From: an uncultured Clostridia bacterium
GTDB taxonomy: Bacteria; Bacillota; DTU014
DNA length: 64,000 nt
Direction: 5' to 3'
Assembly: GCA_900016865.1 (NCBI GenBank)
Contig: FIZI01000005.1
Coordinates: 37,895-101,894 of the forward strand
Positions 28,677 through 43,683 of this stretch are shown one piece after another (position 1 is the stretch's first letter; every line of letters starts with the position of its first letter). A program made the translations under genes and the position numbers. The notes beneath the pieces are model-generated. The model did no database searches, was not told the origin of the DNA, and saw nothing but the letters and a program-made list of their open reading frames with translations.

Positions 28677-28730
28677 ACTGTATCGGGTCAATCAACTTGC
28701 CCTAGTCCAAAAGCTGTCGACTCACCGCCA

Positions 28731-31187
28731 TTAGACTTGAAGCGATGCTCCTGACCCCTGATCGTGCACATTTTCTGTCATTGGTATGATCTCAGACCGA
28801 CCGCTGTCATCTGATGTTAGCCTGAAATCCCGAAGCGCCACGACAAGGACCTCATCCATGTGGTCTACAGTAACAAACGTCATCTCCTGCTTGATGTTGT
28901 CGGGAATTTCGTCTATGTCCCGTGCGTTCTCAGCAGGCAGTATGACTGTCCGTATTCCAGAACGGTGAGCAGCCAACACTTTCTCCTTCAAGCCGCCTAT
29001 AGGCAGCACCCGCCCTCTTAGGGTTATCTCTCCAGTCATGGCAACGTCACGGCGCACAGGTTTATCGGTCAAGGCGGAAACCAGCGCAGTCGCCATAGCG
29101 ATCCCGGCGGACGGGCCGTCTTTTGGTATGGCGCCCTCCGGCACGTGAATGTGAACGTCGTACTTCTCATGGAAGTCGGGATCCACTCCGAGGCTCTCGG
29201 CCCTGGATCTGACATAGGAGAATCCTGCTTGAGCAGACTCCTTCATGACGTCTCCAAGCTTGCCTGTAAGGTTGAGCTGGCCTTTGCCCTGCATCACACT
29301 GACCTCAATAGAAAGGATCTCGCCGCCTACCTCGGTCCAAGCCAGGCCTGTTGCGACACCCACTCTATCTTCAGATTCCATGACGCCAAACCTGTAGAGA
29401 GGTATTCCGAGGAATCTGTGGATGTTCTTTGGCAAGACCCTTATCGGCCTGCTGGCACCGCTAACTATCTCCTTTGCAGCCTTCCGCAGTACGGTCGCGA
29501 TCTTCCTCTCCAGCTCCCGCACTCCGGATTCACGAGTGTAGCTACGTATTATCTCACGTATGCTCTTCTCGCCTATAAAGACGTCCTTGTTGGTAAGGCC
29601 GTTTTCTCTCAACTGATTCGGCAAGAGGTGCCTCAATGCGATTTGCACCTTCTCGTCCTCAGTGTACCCGGGAATCCTGATTATCTCCATCCTGTCCCGC
29701 AGTGCATGAGGGATGTCGTAAAGCACGTTGGCTGTAGTGATGAACATCACGTCAGACAAGTCCACGGTGACCTCCATGTAGTGGTCACTGAAGTTGCAGT
29801 TTTGCTCCGGATCCAGCACTTCGAGCAGGGCCGAAGCGGGATCGCCTCTGAAGTCTGACGCCAGCTTGTCAATCTCATCCAGAAGTATCACAGGGTTGGA
29901 GGTCCCCGCTTGCTTCATCGCTTGGATGATCCGTCCAGGCATCGCACCTACGTACGTCCTACGGTGCCCTCTAATCTCCGCCTCGTCTCGGACGCCTCCC
30001 AACGAAAACCGGACGAACTTGCGGCCGAGTGCACGTGCGATTGACTTACCCAGTGATGTCTTGCCGACACCCGGAGGACCGACGAAACAAAGGATTGGCC
30101 CCCGGATCTTCTTGGTCAGCTGTCGCACTGACAGGTACTCAAGAATCCTCTCTTTGACCTTGTCAAGGCCATAGTGATCCTCGTTGAGGATGCGCTCTGC
30201 CTGCTTGATGTCAAGTCCATCTTCTGTCTTGACACTCCACGGGTAGGAAATGAGCCAGTCGAGGTAATTGCGAACCACAACAGCCTCTGCGACCATAGGA
30301 GGCATGCGTTCAAGCCTGTCTATCTCTTTTTGGGCCTTTTCGAGGGCTTCCTCAGGCATGCCCAGGCTCTCGACTTTCTCTCTCAGCTCAGCTATTTCCT
30401 GAGCGCGGTCGTCTCTATCTCCGAGCTCTTTCTGAATAGCCTTAAGCTGCTCGCGCAGGTAGTACTCCCGCTGTGTCCTCTCCATCTGCTTGCGAACACG
30501 GGAGTGGATCTTCCTCTCCAGCTCCAGGATCTCTATTTCCTTCATGAGAAGCATGCAGACCTTCTCGAGGCGCTCCTTAGGCGAAAGGCATTCGAGAACA
30601 GCCTGTTTTTGATCAACTTTCAGGGGCAAATGCGAAGCTATGTCATCAGCCAACCTGCCCGGTTCCTCTATGCTGGACACCGACACCAGGATCTCAGGGG
30701 GAATCTTCCTGTTTAGCTTCACGTACTCCTCGAAATGGCGAAGAGCAGTTCGCATCAGAGCCTCGATCTCCCTGTCCACTGTCTTGGGATCAACGACCGA
30801 CGATATCTTGACCCTGAAATGCGGATCATTCTGAACGTAGTCAAGAATCTGAACTCTCACTATCCCCTCAACAAGGATACGGATAGTTCCCTCGGAGATC
30901 TTCGCCAGCTGCTTAACCTCTGCCACAGTACCAACACTGTGAATACCGTCCGGGCTCGGGTCTGGCTCGCGAGTCTCCTTTTGAGCTGCCAAAACAATCA
31001 GCCTGTTATTCATCATCGCGTCTTCCAGCGCACTTACCGACTTCTCTCTACCGACGTCCAACGGAACAGTCATATATGGAAAAACCAGCATGCCCCGGAG
31101 CGCAAGCAACGGCAAAACATCTATGTTCGCAATATTCTGATCGAGATCGCTGTCAGCCAGCTCTCTGTTTGCGCTTTCCGCTGCCAA
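28731..31187 (-). CDS. lon: ATP-dependent protease Lon (LonA)
   Basis: N-terminal LON domain, AAA+ GPPGVGKTS and protease [14 protein letters not shown] motifs. Confidence 0.95.
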   Translation of the reverse strand: MAAESANRELADSDLDQNIANIDVLPLLALRGMLVFPYMTVPLDVGREKSVSALEDAMMNNRLIVLAAQKETREPDPSPDGIHSVGTVAEVKQLAKISEGTIRILVEGIVRVQILDYVQNDPHFRVKISSVVDPKTVDREIEALMRTALRHFEEYVKLNRKIPPEILVSVSSIEEPGRLADDIASHLPLKVDQKQAVLECLSPKERLEKVCMLLMKEIEILELERKIHSRVRKQMERTQREYYLREQLKAIQKELGDRDDRAQEIAELREKVESLGMPEEALEKAQKEIDRLERMPPMVAEAVVVRNYLDWLISYPWSVKTEDGLDIKQAERILNEDHYGLDKVKERILEYLSVRQLTKKIRGPILCFVGPPGVGKTSLGKSIARALGRKFVRFSLGGVRDEAEIRGHRRTYVGAMPGRIIQAMKQAGTSNPVILLDEIDKLASDFRGDPASALLEVLDPEQNCNFSDHYMEVTVDLSDVMFITTANVLYDIPHALRDRMEIIRIPGYTEDEKVQIALRHLLPNQLRENGLTNKDVFIGEKSIREIIRSYTRESGVRELERKIATVLRKAAKEIVSGASRPIRVLPKNIHRFLGIPLYRFGVMESEDRVGVATGLAWTEVGGEILSIEVSVMQGKGQLNLTGKLGDVMKESAQAGFSYVRSRAESLGVDPDFHEKYDVHIHVPEGAIPKDGPSAGIAMATALVSALTDKPVRRDVAMTGEITLRGRVLPIGGLKEKVLAAHRSGIRTVILPAENARDIDEIPDNIKQEMTFVTVDHMDEVLVVALRDFRLTSDDSGRSEIIPMTENVHDQGSGASLQV

Positions 31188-31399
31188 TCTATTCAGCCTC
31201 CTCCCAGCACACCGCTACCGAGTGATCGGTCTCTATTGATGCAAAATGCAGACATACAGCCACAATGTCTTCTTCTCGTATGATAGCGGTTATCCTCTGA
31301 TAACTGCGCGGACACATGCTGCCATCTGCAGCATTTACCTCCACATCAGGATGCAGTCGGCATCCCAAGGCGCCGCTGCTATCCAAAATCTATATTACC

Positions 31400-33046
31400 T
31401 CAAACAAGAATCGATTTCATCAAGGATCTGTCTGCCCCTCTAAAGGCCTCTCCGATTGCCTGCTCAATCGTTGACACTGGGATCACTTCTACACCTGTAT
31501 CGGACAGCATCTCTTGCCAGTTCTCCTGCGGTATCAAGACTTTCCTCGCGCCCGCACGCCTAGCCGCTTCGACTTTGGCTGGGATCCCGCCAACTGGTTT
31601 GATCACGCCTCGAATCGACACTTCTCCTGTCATAGCCATAGGAGTCGATATGGGCAGTCCCGTTATAGCCGAATACACCGAGCACGCCATAGTCAAGCCG
31701 GCCGATGGGCCGTCCACTGGATAGCCTCCTGGGAAGTTTACATGTATATCATAGTCCCTATAATCTATTCCAAAACACCTGCTGAGAACAGTCAGTACGT
31801 TCTGCATAGAATCCTGTGCCATGCTCCTACGCCTAAGGCGCATTCGGGAGCCGCCTATCTCCTCTTCCTCAACCAATCCGGTTGTGACAAGCCTTCCCGT
31901 ACCCTTTGCAACCGGGATTGAGCTCGTTTCTACCTCTATTACAACTCCTAGATTTGCTCCGATAACGCCGAGGCCATATGCAAGGCCAACAACTGGAGTT
32001 TGCACAATCTGACGGTCGGGCCTGGGATGATACTGCCCGCTGTTTATCACCCATTCTATCTCCTTAGCTGTTATCTTTTGCTTGCCCTCTGTTGTACAAA
32101 TACCTGCTGCTACCTGCAATAGGTTTACTGCCTCTCTCCCGTTTGTGGCGTATTTGCGTATCACCTCAATAGCCTGTCTCTCGACTTCGAAGCCTATCTT
32201 TGACGCGGCATTCAGTGCGATAGTCTCTATGTGATCAGGCCCTAGAGGTTTGAAGAACACCTCGAGGCACCTGGAGCGGATCGCAGGCGGTATCTCTTCG
32301 GGGCTTCGAGTCGTTGCTGCAACTAGTCGGAAGTCTGCGGGAAGGCCATTTTGGAAAATATCGTGGATGTGCCTCGGAATATTCGTATCTTCACTGTTGT
32401 AGTAGGCACTCTCAAGAAAGACCTTGCGGTCCTCCAACACTTTGAGGAGCTTGTTCATCTGGATAGGGTGGAGCTCCCCTATCTCGTCAATAAACAACAC
32501 ACCTCCGTGCGCCTTAGTGACTGCACCGGGCTTGGGTTGAGGAATTCCTGCAATGCCCAGCGGGCCAGCGCCTTGGTAGATGGGGTCGTGGACCGATCCC
32601 ATCAGCGGGTCCGCTATGCCTCTATCATCAAACCTGGCAGTAGTGGCGTCGATCTCTACGAACTTGGCGTCGCGCCTAAACGGTGAGAGCGGGCTCCTCT
32701 TCGCCTCCTCGAGCACCACCCTCGCAGCCGCCGTCTTTCCAATGCCCGGAGGGCCGTAGATGATAACGTGTTGAGGGTTGGGTCCACACAAAGCAGCGCG
32801 CAAGCTCTTGAGCCCTTCCTCCTGGCCGACTATGTCCTCAAAGCGCGATGGACGGGTCTTCTCAGCCAAGGGTACAGACAGCGAAATGCTCCGCAACCTG
32901 GCGAGCTGCTCCATCTGCTTGCTCGATTCCCTGTTCACAGCAGACTTGCTGGTCTGCTGGGCCTTTAGGAGATTCCAGAAGTATAAGCCAATGACGATTG
33001 CAAAGAAAAGATTGAGGAGGCCCAGAATACCCGTAAGCGAACTCAA
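31400..33046 (-). CDS. lonB: LonB-type ATP-dependent protease (sporulation Lon paralog) with N-terminal membrane anchor
   Basis: TM helix at the N-terminus, AAA+ GPPGIGKTA and DGPSAGLTM protease motif. Position between clpX and lon as in sporeformers. Confidence 0.85.
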   Translation of the reverse strand: MSSLTGILGLLNLFFAIVIGLYFWNLLKAQQTSKSAVNRESSKQMEQLARLRSISLSVPLAEKTRPSRFEDIVGQEEGLKSLRAALCGPNPQHVIIYGPPGIGKTAAARVVLEEAKRSPLSPFRRDAKFVEIDATTARFDDRGIADPLMGSVHDPIYQGAGPLGIAGIPQPKPGAVTKAHGGVLFIDEIGELHPIQMNKLLKVLEDRKVFLESAYYNSEDTNIPRHIHDIFQNGLPADFRLVAATTRSPEEIPPAIRSRCLEVFFKPLGPDHIETIALNAASKIGFEVERQAIEVIRKYATNGREAVNLLQVAAGICTTEGKQKITAKEIEWVINSGQYHPRPDRQIVQTPVVGLAYGLGVIGANLGVVIEVETSSIPVAKGTGRLVTTGLVEEEEIGGSRMRLRRRSMAQDSMQNVLTVLSRCFGIDYRDYDIHVNFPGGYPVDGPSAGLTMACSVYSAITGLPISTPMAMTGEVSIRGVIKPVGGIPAKVEAARRAGARKVLIPQENWQEMLSDTGVEVIPVSTIEQAIGEAFRGADRSLMKSILV

Positions 33047-33235
33047 AGAGCCATACCTCCGAGCTAGGGGTTGTTGTAAGAACCTTTCCAGCCCTATTGT
33101 TTCCCCAATAAGCTCGAATATCCGGCTCAGCCGCCAATAGAAGGCTCGTTGAGCGTATCGAAAGCGCTGTATTACAAAGAGGAGACAGCTCAGGCGGCCG
33201 TCTCGCTCTCAGTGCGTTCAACCTGCGGAGAAGAC

Positions 33236-34504
33236 CTAGGCAGTCTCTTCTTTTGTCTTTTTGCTCTTCTTCTCGTTCAGCATAATAATGGGCTCGGATT
33301 TGCCCTCTATGACTTCAGGAGTCACGACACACTTGCTGACGTCACTCCTTGAAGGTATATCAAACATCACATCCATCATGACGCCCTCGATAATGGAGCG
33401 AAGGCCGCGGGCCCCTGTCTTGCGCTCTATAGCTTTCCTCGCGATAGCAGTCAAAGTCTCCGGGAGGAACTCCAATTCCACTTTGTCGATTTCGAAGAAC
33501 TTCTGATACTGCTTGACGAGTGCGTTCTTTGGCTCCGTAAGAATGCGCACGAGATCCTCCTCTTTGAGGGGATCCAACGTGACGACTATCGGGAGACGTC
33601 CAATGAACTCGGGTATCAGCCCGTACTTGAGAAGGTCCTCAGGCATTACCTGCGACAAGATGGAGCCGATATCTTCGCTGTCCTTCTTGACAGGCTCTGA
33701 GCCAAAGCCGACCACTCTTTTTCCTACTCGAGAGGAGATTATCTTCTCCAGGCCGTCGAACGCCCCGCCGCATATGAACAGGATATTGGTGGTGTCAAGC
33801 TGTATGAACTCCTGATGAGGATGCTTTCGTCCACCCTGCGGAGGCACGCTTGCCACAGTGCCCTCAAGGATCTTGAGTAGCGCCTGCTGGACCCCCTCCC
33901 CGGAAACGTCTCTGGTGATCGACGGATTCTCCGACTTGCGAGCGATCTTGTCGACTTCATCGATGTATATGATGCCTCGCTCTGCCTTCTCGATGTCATA
34001 ATCCGCAGCCTGGATCAACTTGAGCAGTATGTTTTCAACATCTTCTCCTACATATCCGGCTTCTGTAAGGGAAGTCGCATCAGCGATTGCAAACGGTACC
34101 TTCAGGATCCTAGCCAAAGTCTGCGCGAGGAGGGTCTTACCACACCCGGTAGGCCCCAACATAATGATGTTGCTCTTCTGGAGTTCGACATCGTCAGTGC
34201 TAATTGGGTTGTTTATCCTCTTGTAGTGGTTATATACAGCGACCGAGAGCGCCTTCTTGGCCGCCTCCTGTCCAACTACGTATTGGTCAAGTATAGCCTT
34301 GATTTCCTTAGGCTTGGGCACGGAACTAAACTCCGCGTCGGCGCTCTCGGTTAGCTCTTCTTCGATGATCTCATTGCACAACTCGACGCACTCGTCGCAG
34401 ATGTACACACCGGGGCCGGCAATGAGCTTCCTTACCTGCTCTTGCATTTTGCCACAAAAAGAGCATTTTGGCTGACCCTTGTCGTCTCCAAATTTGAACA
34501 TCAA
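33236..34504 (-). CDS. clpX: ATP-dependent Clp protease ATP-binding subunit ClpX
   Basis: CSFCGK...C..C zinc-binding N-terminus, GPTGCGKT Walker A and a GRLP pore-region motif. Confidence 0.95.
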   Translation of the reverse strand: MMFKFGDDKGQPKCSFCGKMQEQVRKLIAGPGVYICDECVELCNEIIEEELTESADAEFSSVPKPKEIKAILDQYVVGQEAAKKALSVAVYNHYKRINNPISTDDVELQKSNIIMLGPTGCGKTLLAQTLARILKVPFAIADATSLTEAGYVGEDVENILLKLIQAADYDIEKAERGIIYIDEVDKIARKSENPSITRDVSGEGVQQALLKILEGTVASVPPQGGRKHPHQEFIQLDTTNILFICGGAFDGLEKIISSRVGKRVVGFGSEPVKKDSEDIGSILSQVMPEDLLKYGLIPEFIGRLPIVVTLDPLKEEDLVRILTEPKNALVKQYQKFFEIDKVELEFLPETLTAIARKAIERKTGARGLRSIIEGVMMDVMFDIPSRSDVSKCVVTPEVIEGKSEPIIMLNEKKSKKTKEETA

Positions 34505-34514
34505 ATCACTCCTC

Positions 34515-35126
34515 TTAGGTCCTGAGTTCGCCGCCGCCGAATATGCCGTCGATTATCCCGTAGTCTTTGGCTTCCTGCGAGGACATAAAGAGGTTTCGAT
34601 CCATATCGCGCTCGATCTTCTCTCTAGGCCTCCCGGTATGCTTTGCCATAATCTCGTATGTGATCTCTCTGAGATTGAGAATCTCTCGAGCCTGTATCTG
34701 CACGTCTGTCGCTTGGCCTCTAGCTCCGCCCCAGGGCTGGTGTATCATGATGCGAGAATACGGCAGCGCATAGCGCTTGCCCTTTGTCCCGGCTGCCAGC
34801 AAAAGTGCTGCCATGCTTGCAGCCATGCCAACGCAGGTAGTTGACACGTCAGGCTTGATATACTGCATCGTATCGTATATCGCCAAACCGGAATAGACGA
34901 CACCGCCCGGGCTGTTGATGTACAGGTTGATATCTTTGTCCGGATCCTCACTCTGCAGGTAAAGCAATTGCGCTATGACCAGGTTTGCCACATAGTCGTC
35001 AATTGGCCCACCTATGAATATGATGCGCTCCTTCAAGAGCATAGAATAGATGTCATACGCGCGTTCGCCCCTTGCAGTCTGTTCCACAACGACTGGAACC
35101 AGCGCAGAGCCCAGTAGATCTGCCAT
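34515..35126 (-). CDS. clpP: ATP-dependent Clp protease proteolytic subunit
   Basis: GMAASMAA (Ser) and IMIHQP (His) catalytic motifs. Confidence 0.95.
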   Translation of the reverse strand: MADLLGSALVPVVVEQTARGERAYDIYSMLLKERIIFIGGPIDDYVANLVIAQLLYLQSEDPDKDINLYINSPGGVVYSGLAIYDTMQYIKPDVSTTCVGMAASMAALLLAAGTKGKRYALPYSRIMIHQPWGGARGQATDVQIQAREILNLREITYEIMAKHTGRPREKIERDMDRNLFMSSQEAKDYGIIDGIFGGGELRT

Positions 35127-35239
35127 GGTACCACTCCTCCGGATTACTGGCCGTTCGTGATAATCGGCCTTTCACCTAACATCTTACCGCAAAACCGGCA
35201 ACCCTTCCACAATAACATGTCTCAGCCCAGTAACAGATC

Positions 35240-36544
35240 TCAGCCGACGACTATCCGCATTGACGCATAATCCTTTAGCTTAGCCACTGTCTTCTCTATG
35301 CGAAGCGACTCCTTGAGAGAATCCATTCGATCCTCTTTCTCATACAGCTCCTTGAGCTCATCGACAGACCTCGAATACTGCTCTGCCAGTTCGGATAGCT
35401 TCTGATCGACGTCTTCATCTGTTACCTCGATACCTTCAGCCCTAGATACCGCGTCAAGAACCAAATCGATCTTGACTTGCTTCTCCGCCTCGGGAGCGAA
35501 CTCGTCTCTCAGCTGCTGCTCAGTCATCTCGCGCATCTGCAGGTACTGCTCCAGGGTCATCCCTGAATAGCGCAGTCTGATAGACAGCTGATCCATCATC
35601 CTGTCGACTGTCCGATCAACCAGTATCTTGGGTATGTCAACACTGCATCTGTCAGCGACCTCTGAAGTCACCTTGTCCTCGAACTCTCTCTCGGCTCTTG
35701 CTGCTGCCTCGCTCTCCAAGCGCTCTTTGATAGCAGATCGCAGCTCATCCAGACTCTCGTAGTTGCCAACGTCCTTGGCAAACTCGTCGTCGAGTTCAGG
35801 CAGGCGCTTCTCCCTTATGTCGTTTAGTTTTACCTTAAACCTCGCGTCCTTACCTGCAAGTTCGCTGCTGTGGTAGTCATCCGGGAACTTGACGGAGATC
35901 TCTCGTTCCTCTCCGACAGCCATACCGACCAACTGATCCTCAAAGCCAGGTATGTAGGAGTTGCTGCCTATCTCGAGAGTCGCGCCTTTGTGAGAAAGCC
36001 CTTCAGACTCTACACCCTCTACCGAACCCTCGAAGTCTATATCTGCGAAATCGCCTTTCTCAAGGGACGGTTTGTCAACGCTGACCAACTCAGCGAACCG
36101 CTCTCTCATTGAGTTGATGACATTTCGAACTTGCTCATCCGTTATCTCAACGGATTCCTTTTGAACTCGTACAGCCCTATAGTCACCCAATTCGACCTCG
36201 GGCAATACCTGAACCTTTGCCTTAAATGTGTAAGGGCTCCCTTCGACTAGGTCAGGCAGCTCGTCCACCACAGGCCTATCTATGGCTTGGATTCCTGACT
36301 TGTCCAAAGCCCGCTGGTACGCGTCCGGAATCAGGTCTTCGAGTGCCTGAGCAAGAATGGCCTCCTTGCCGAACCTCATCTCTAACACCCTGCGCGGGGC
36401 TTTTCCCTTTCTAAAGCCGGGGATATTGACTCCGCGGGCAATAGACCGAACTGCTTTCTTGACTGCCTCATCCACGTCCTCAGGAGGGACTGTCACGGTC
36501 ATCTGAACCTGATTGCCCTCTAGTTTCTCGACCGACACATCCAC
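35240..36544 (-). CDS. tig: trigger factor
   Basis: GFRKGKAP ribosome-binding signature, PPIase domain and C-terminal arm. Confidence 0.95.
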   Translation of the reverse strand: MDVSVEKLEGNQVQMTVTVPPEDVDEAVKKAVRSIARGVNIPGFRKGKAPRRVLEMRFGKEAILAQALEDLIPDAYQRALDKSGIQAIDRPVVDELPDLVEGSPYTFKAKVQVLPEVELGDYRAVRVQKESVEITDEQVRNVINSMRERFAELVSVDKPSLEKGDFADIDFEGSVEGVESEGLSHKGATLEIGSNSYIPGFEDQLVGMAVGEEREISVKFPDDYHSSELAGKDARFKVKLNDIREKRLPELDDEFAKDVGNYESLDELRSAIKERLESEAAARAEREFEDKVTSEVADRCSVDIPKILVDRTVDRMMDQLSIRLRYSGMTLEQYLQMREMTEQQLRDEFAPEAEKQVKIDLVLDAVSRAEGIEVTDEDVDQKLSELAEQYSRSVDELKELYEKEDRMDSLKESLRIEKTVAKLKDYASMRIVVG

Positions 36545-36794
36545 TGTTGGTCACCTCATCAATAGTCCTTTTCCTGCCGCCAATCGACTCATTCAGTACA
36601 AACAGTATAAACGCACCCTATCCCCATTCATAACAAACACCCAAACACTGCAATACGCCTTCGGCGGCGCTCTAACGCAGCAATAATAGCACACGAGATG
36701 CTGAAAAGCAACCGCGGCGGCATCAGCTCGAACAGGGGGCGATGTGTGGTCTCCTCCGCTTGCCCTCTCCATCGTACCGGCTTCGCGCACTCCG

Positions 36795-36838
36795 ACAAAC
36801 AAACAGAGTGGGCTCCAGGCTTAGGAGACCCACTCTGT
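36795..36838 (-). terminator. intrinsic terminator after MurF-like gene
   Basis: Minus strand stem CAGAGUGGG-CUCC/GGAG-CCCACUCUG followed by UUUGUUUGU. Confidence 0.55.
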
Positions 36839-36906
36839 CTAAAATAATCCGCATTTCAACCCACCTTTTTTTGAGTCGGTGCAGATAACGTCTTTTGCAG
36901 GACGGA

Positions 36907-38028
36907 CTACCGTCGTTTGCTAGGTGGTCGGTCACCTTTGTTTTTCAGCATCCAAACCAGGGAGCTGAATCCGTATCTGTGAGACGCCTTTAGCAGGACT
37001 ACTGAACCATGGGGGATTGCTCTGCGAATTCCTATTACTGCTTTGCCCAAGTTGTCAAAATGCTTTGTCTTGTTTGATGGAAATCCACGTTCAATAGCGC
37101 CTTCACGGATGAGCTTGGCAGCGTCGCCTACAGTGACTAGCTTGCTAACTCTTTTCTCTGCGATGTAGTGCCCAATCTGTCTGTGGATTCGGTCTGAACT
37201 CCTACCGAGGTCTGCCATACCTCCGAGAACCGCAACTGCTGGCCTATCCTTCTTTAGTTTTACCAGCACGTCGATTGCGGCCTTGACTGCTTCGGGTATG
37301 GCGCTATAGCTGTCATCAATCACAATGACATCATTGATACCTTTACTTACCCGCAGCCTTCTCCTCATCCGGTAGTATCGCGCGAGCCCGCGCCTGATGT
37401 GCTCGACAGAGAAGCCAAGTTCTCTGGCAGCTGCCATTGCCGCCAGAGCGTTATACACATTGTGCGCCCCGTATATGGGAATGAAGAACTCCTCGTCACT
37501 GCCATTGATGGTGACTGTAAATCTCATCCCGTTTTTCGCATATCTAATATTCCGGCCCTTGTATTCGCACTCGTTCTTAACTCCGAAGTAGATGGTCCTG
37601 CCTCTAAATCGGCCTTTATCCAAAAGACGAGTTCTTGGGTCATCTTTGTTGAGTATCAATAGTCCATTAGGGTCCATTCCCCGAATGAGTTCGCCCTTTG
37701 CTTCAATCAGTTTGGAGAGGCCGCCGAACTTCCCTATGTGTGCGGTTCCGAGGAGGGTGATAATCCCAATAGTGGGCTGCTTGATGCGGCAATGCCGAGC
37801 TATCATGCCCGGTCTGCTGGCGCCGAACTCCAAGACACATGCTTGGTGAGACGGTTTGAGCCCCTGAAGTAGCTTCCTTATGTGGCTTGGGGCGTTGTTA
37901 TTGCCGATGCTTTTTAAAATTCTCCACTTCTGACCAAGTATGGAGGCAAGCATTTCCTTTGTGGTACTCTTCCCGGAACTTCCGGTTATCGCGATCACCG
38001 GGATCCGCTTGCGCCTGTTTATCCACAT
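36907..38028 (-). CDS. Mur ligase family protein, MurF-like, lacking the N-terminal substrate domain
   Basis: ITGSSGKSTTKEM (MurF P-loop), DDSYSA, HNVYNALAAMAAARELG. The start has a GGGGGA SD and no upstream coding potential for the ~80-aa N-domain. Confidence 0.7.
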   Translation of the reverse strand: MWINRRKRIPVIAITGSSGKSTTKEMLASILGQKWRILKSIGNNNAPSHIRKLLQGLKPSHQACVLEFGASRPGMIARHCRIKQPTIGIITLLGTAHIGKFGGLSKLIEAKGELIRGMDPNGLLILNKDDPRTRLLDKGRFRGRTIYFGVKNECEYKGRNIRYAKNGMRFTVTINGSDEEFFIPIYGAHNVYNALAAMAAARELGFSVEHIRRGLARYYRMRRRLRVSKGINDVIVIDDSYSAIPEAVKAAIDVLVKLKKDRPAVAVLGGMADLGRSSDRIHRQIGHYIAEKRVSKLVTVGDAAKLIREGAIERGFPSNKTKHFDNLGKAVIGIRRAIPHGSVVLLKASHRYGFSSLVWMLKNKGDRPPSKRR

Positions 38029-38131
38029 ACACTATCCCCCGAGTCTACCTAATCTGTCTGCTACACCGCTTGTTAAGCCTCTCTGTGTATGCTATTCAGT
38101 CAGGCCTTTGCTGCTGATAGTGGCAGTGGCA

Positions 38132-38160
38132 TTGACCTTGAATTGTTCCTGTAGTATCAT
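38132..38160 (+). promoter_or_regulatory. promoter for IMPDH-family gene (TTGACC-17-TATCAT)
   Basis: Seen on the plus strand ~45 nt upstream of ATG 38206. Confidence 0.4.
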
Positions 38161-38205
38161 GATTAAAATCTGATTGTATTGACCACGGGGAGGAGGAGAT
38201 CGCCT

Positions 38206-39738
38206 ATGGCCAAGATCGTCTTTGACGAGCCGTCGAGGACTTTCGCGGAGTACTTGCTGCTTCCGGGCCTTACTACAAAGCGACACACTCCGGACAATGT
38301 TTCGCTAAGAACACCTCTTACGAAGTACCGCAAAGACGACGGGCCGAATCTGATGCTGAACATCCCATTTACCTCAGCGATCATGCAGGCCGTTTCAGAT
38401 GATCGATTGGCGATTGCGTTGGCACGGGCAGGAGGCATGTCGTTCATCTACTGCTCACAACCAATCGACAGGCAAGCTGAAATGGTGAAGAAGGTCAAGA
38501 CTCACAAAGCCGGCTTCGTAGTGAGCGACTCAAACCTGCGTCCGGATCAGACTCTGCAGGAGGCCCTCGATTTGATAGAGGTCACAGGGCACTCCACGAT
38601 CGCTATCACTGAGGATGGAGGTCCGCATTCGAAGCTGTGCGGCATTCTTACAAAGCACGACTACTGGCAGTACAAAGACGATTTGAGCCTCCCCGTCTCA
38701 GAGTTCATGACCCCAATAGACAAGCTCGTGACTGCTCAGGATGGAATCTCCATATCTGAGGCTAACGAGATCATCTGGAAAAACCGCATTCCGGTGCTTC
38801 CGATCCTCAACTCCAGACAGGAACTGATGTACCTAGTGTTCAAGAAGGACTACGACGACCACAAGATCAACCCGCTTGAGATGCTTGATACGCAGAAGCG
38901 ACTGATGGTGGGTGCTGGAATCAACACTAGGGACTACAAGGAAAGGGTTCCTGCGCTCGTCGAGGCGGGAGCCGACGTGCTCTGCATTGACTCCTCCGAC
39001 GGGTACTCAGAGTGGCAAAAGGAGACTGCACTCTGGATTCGCGAGCAATATGGCGACTCGGTCAAAGTAGGCGGAGGCAATGTAGTCGACCGCGACGCGT
39101 TCTTGTATCTGGTGAAAGGGGCCGATCTTGACTTCGTCAAAGTCGGCGTCGGACCCGGTTCGATCTGCATCACGAGAGAAGTGAAGGGCATAGGCCGCGG
39201 GCAGGCCTCTGCTGTACTGGAGGTTGCCAAAGCTCGGGACGAATACTTCGAGGAAACCGGTATCTACGTTCCGATCTGCTCCGACGGAGGCATTGTCCAC
39301 GACAACCACATCATCATAGCTCTAGCACTCGGAGCCGATTTCGTGATGATGGGCAGGTACTTCGCTCGGTTTGAGGAGAGCCCTGCTGAAAAGAAGCGCA
39401 TAGGAATGCACACGGTCAAGAGATTCTGGGGCGAAGGCTCATATCGAGCTCAGAATTGGCAGCGATATGACCATGGCTCAAAGGGCAAGCCTACGCTGTC
39501 ATTCGAAGAGGGTGTTGATGTTTACATCCCCTACGCAGGTTCGCTCAGAGAAAACGTCGAAACATCGCTTTCCAAGATCAAAGCTGCCATGTGCAACTGC
39601 GGGGTTTTGACAATAAGTGAACTGCACAAAGAGGCGAGGCTCGTTGTCGTGTCGCAAGCAGCTATCAGAGAAGGCAGCGCTCACGACGTTATCCGAATCG
39701 AGTCAGCTGAGGACCTCAATGACTACCCTATGACCTAG
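38206..39738 (+). CDS. IMP dehydrogenase/GMP reductase-family protein with CBS pair (divergent GuaB-like)
   Basis: Catalytic loop [11 protein letters not shown] and CBS domains. ATG 38206 is preceded by GGAGGAGGAG; the track TTG 38179 start runs through that SD. Confidence 0.8.
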   Translation: MAKIVFDEPSRTFAEYLLLPGLTTKRHTPDNVSLRTPLTKYRKDDGPNLMLNIPFTSAIMQAVSDDRLAIALARAGGMSFIYCSQPIDRQAEMVKKVKTHKAGFVVSDSNLRPDQTLQEALDLIEVTGHSTIAITEDGGPHSKLCGILTKHDYWQYKDDLSLPVSEFMTPIDKLVTAQDGISISEANEIIWKNRIPVLPILNSRQELMYLVFKKDYDDHKINPLEMLDTQKRLMVGAGINTRDYKERVPALVEAGADVLCIDSSDGYSEWQKETALWIREQYGDSVKVGGGNVVDRDAFLYLVKGADLDFVKVGVGPGSICITREVKGIGRGQASAVLEVAKARDEYFEETGIYVPICSDGGIVHDNHIIIALALGADFVMMGRYFARFEESPAEKKRIGMHTVKRFWGEGSYRAQNWQRYDHGSKGKPTLSFEEGVDVYIPYAGSLRENVETSLSKIKAAMCNCGVLTISELHKEARLVVVSQAAIREGSAHDVIRIESAEDLNDYPMT

Positions 39739-39831
39739 TGTTTGGCTACTGACATCAGCAGCCGTAGGCTCAGCCGATTGATCGGATAAGGATCGAGCCG
39801 TTGAACTCGATTCGATATGTCTTCTTGAACC

Positions 39832-39867
39832 AAAAAGGGCCGGGGATTTTGATCCCCGGCCCTTTTT
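39832..39867. terminator. bidirectional terminator between IMPDH-family gene and PFOR
   Basis: AAAAA-GGGCCGGGGA-ttttga-TCCCCGGCCC-TTTTT. Confidence 0.7.
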
Positions 39868-39893
39868 CTACCGCACTATTGCCAACTCAGGCA

Positions 39894-43481
<3,588 letters not shown>

Positions 43482-43610
43482 CTAGGCAATCACACCGCGG
43501 AGATCAGTCCAGGCCGTATGCATAAAAACTGTTACTCGCGGTCTGTCAGCCTGGACACCCAAATAACAGTATAACAAAAGGATGGGCAAGTGTCACCCTG
43601 TGGCTGGCAA

Positions 43611-43640
43611 CAGAAAACCTCGCGGCAAAAACCGCGAGGC
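43611..43640 (-). terminator. opp operon terminator
   Basis: Minus strand CCUCGCGG-uuuuug-CCGCGAGG followed by UUUUCUGUU. Confidence 0.6.
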
Positions 43641-43683
43641 ATATACCAAACAGACCTCAACCTTGTCGCCTGAGCTAAGGCTG

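Noticed and set aside
28362-28730. Cobalamin riboswitch upstream of B12-dependent nrdJ
   Set aside because: No B12-box (rAGYCMGgAgaCCkGCcd-like) or conserved cobalamin aptamer helices recognisable. The region is explained by NrdR boxes and the lon terminator.
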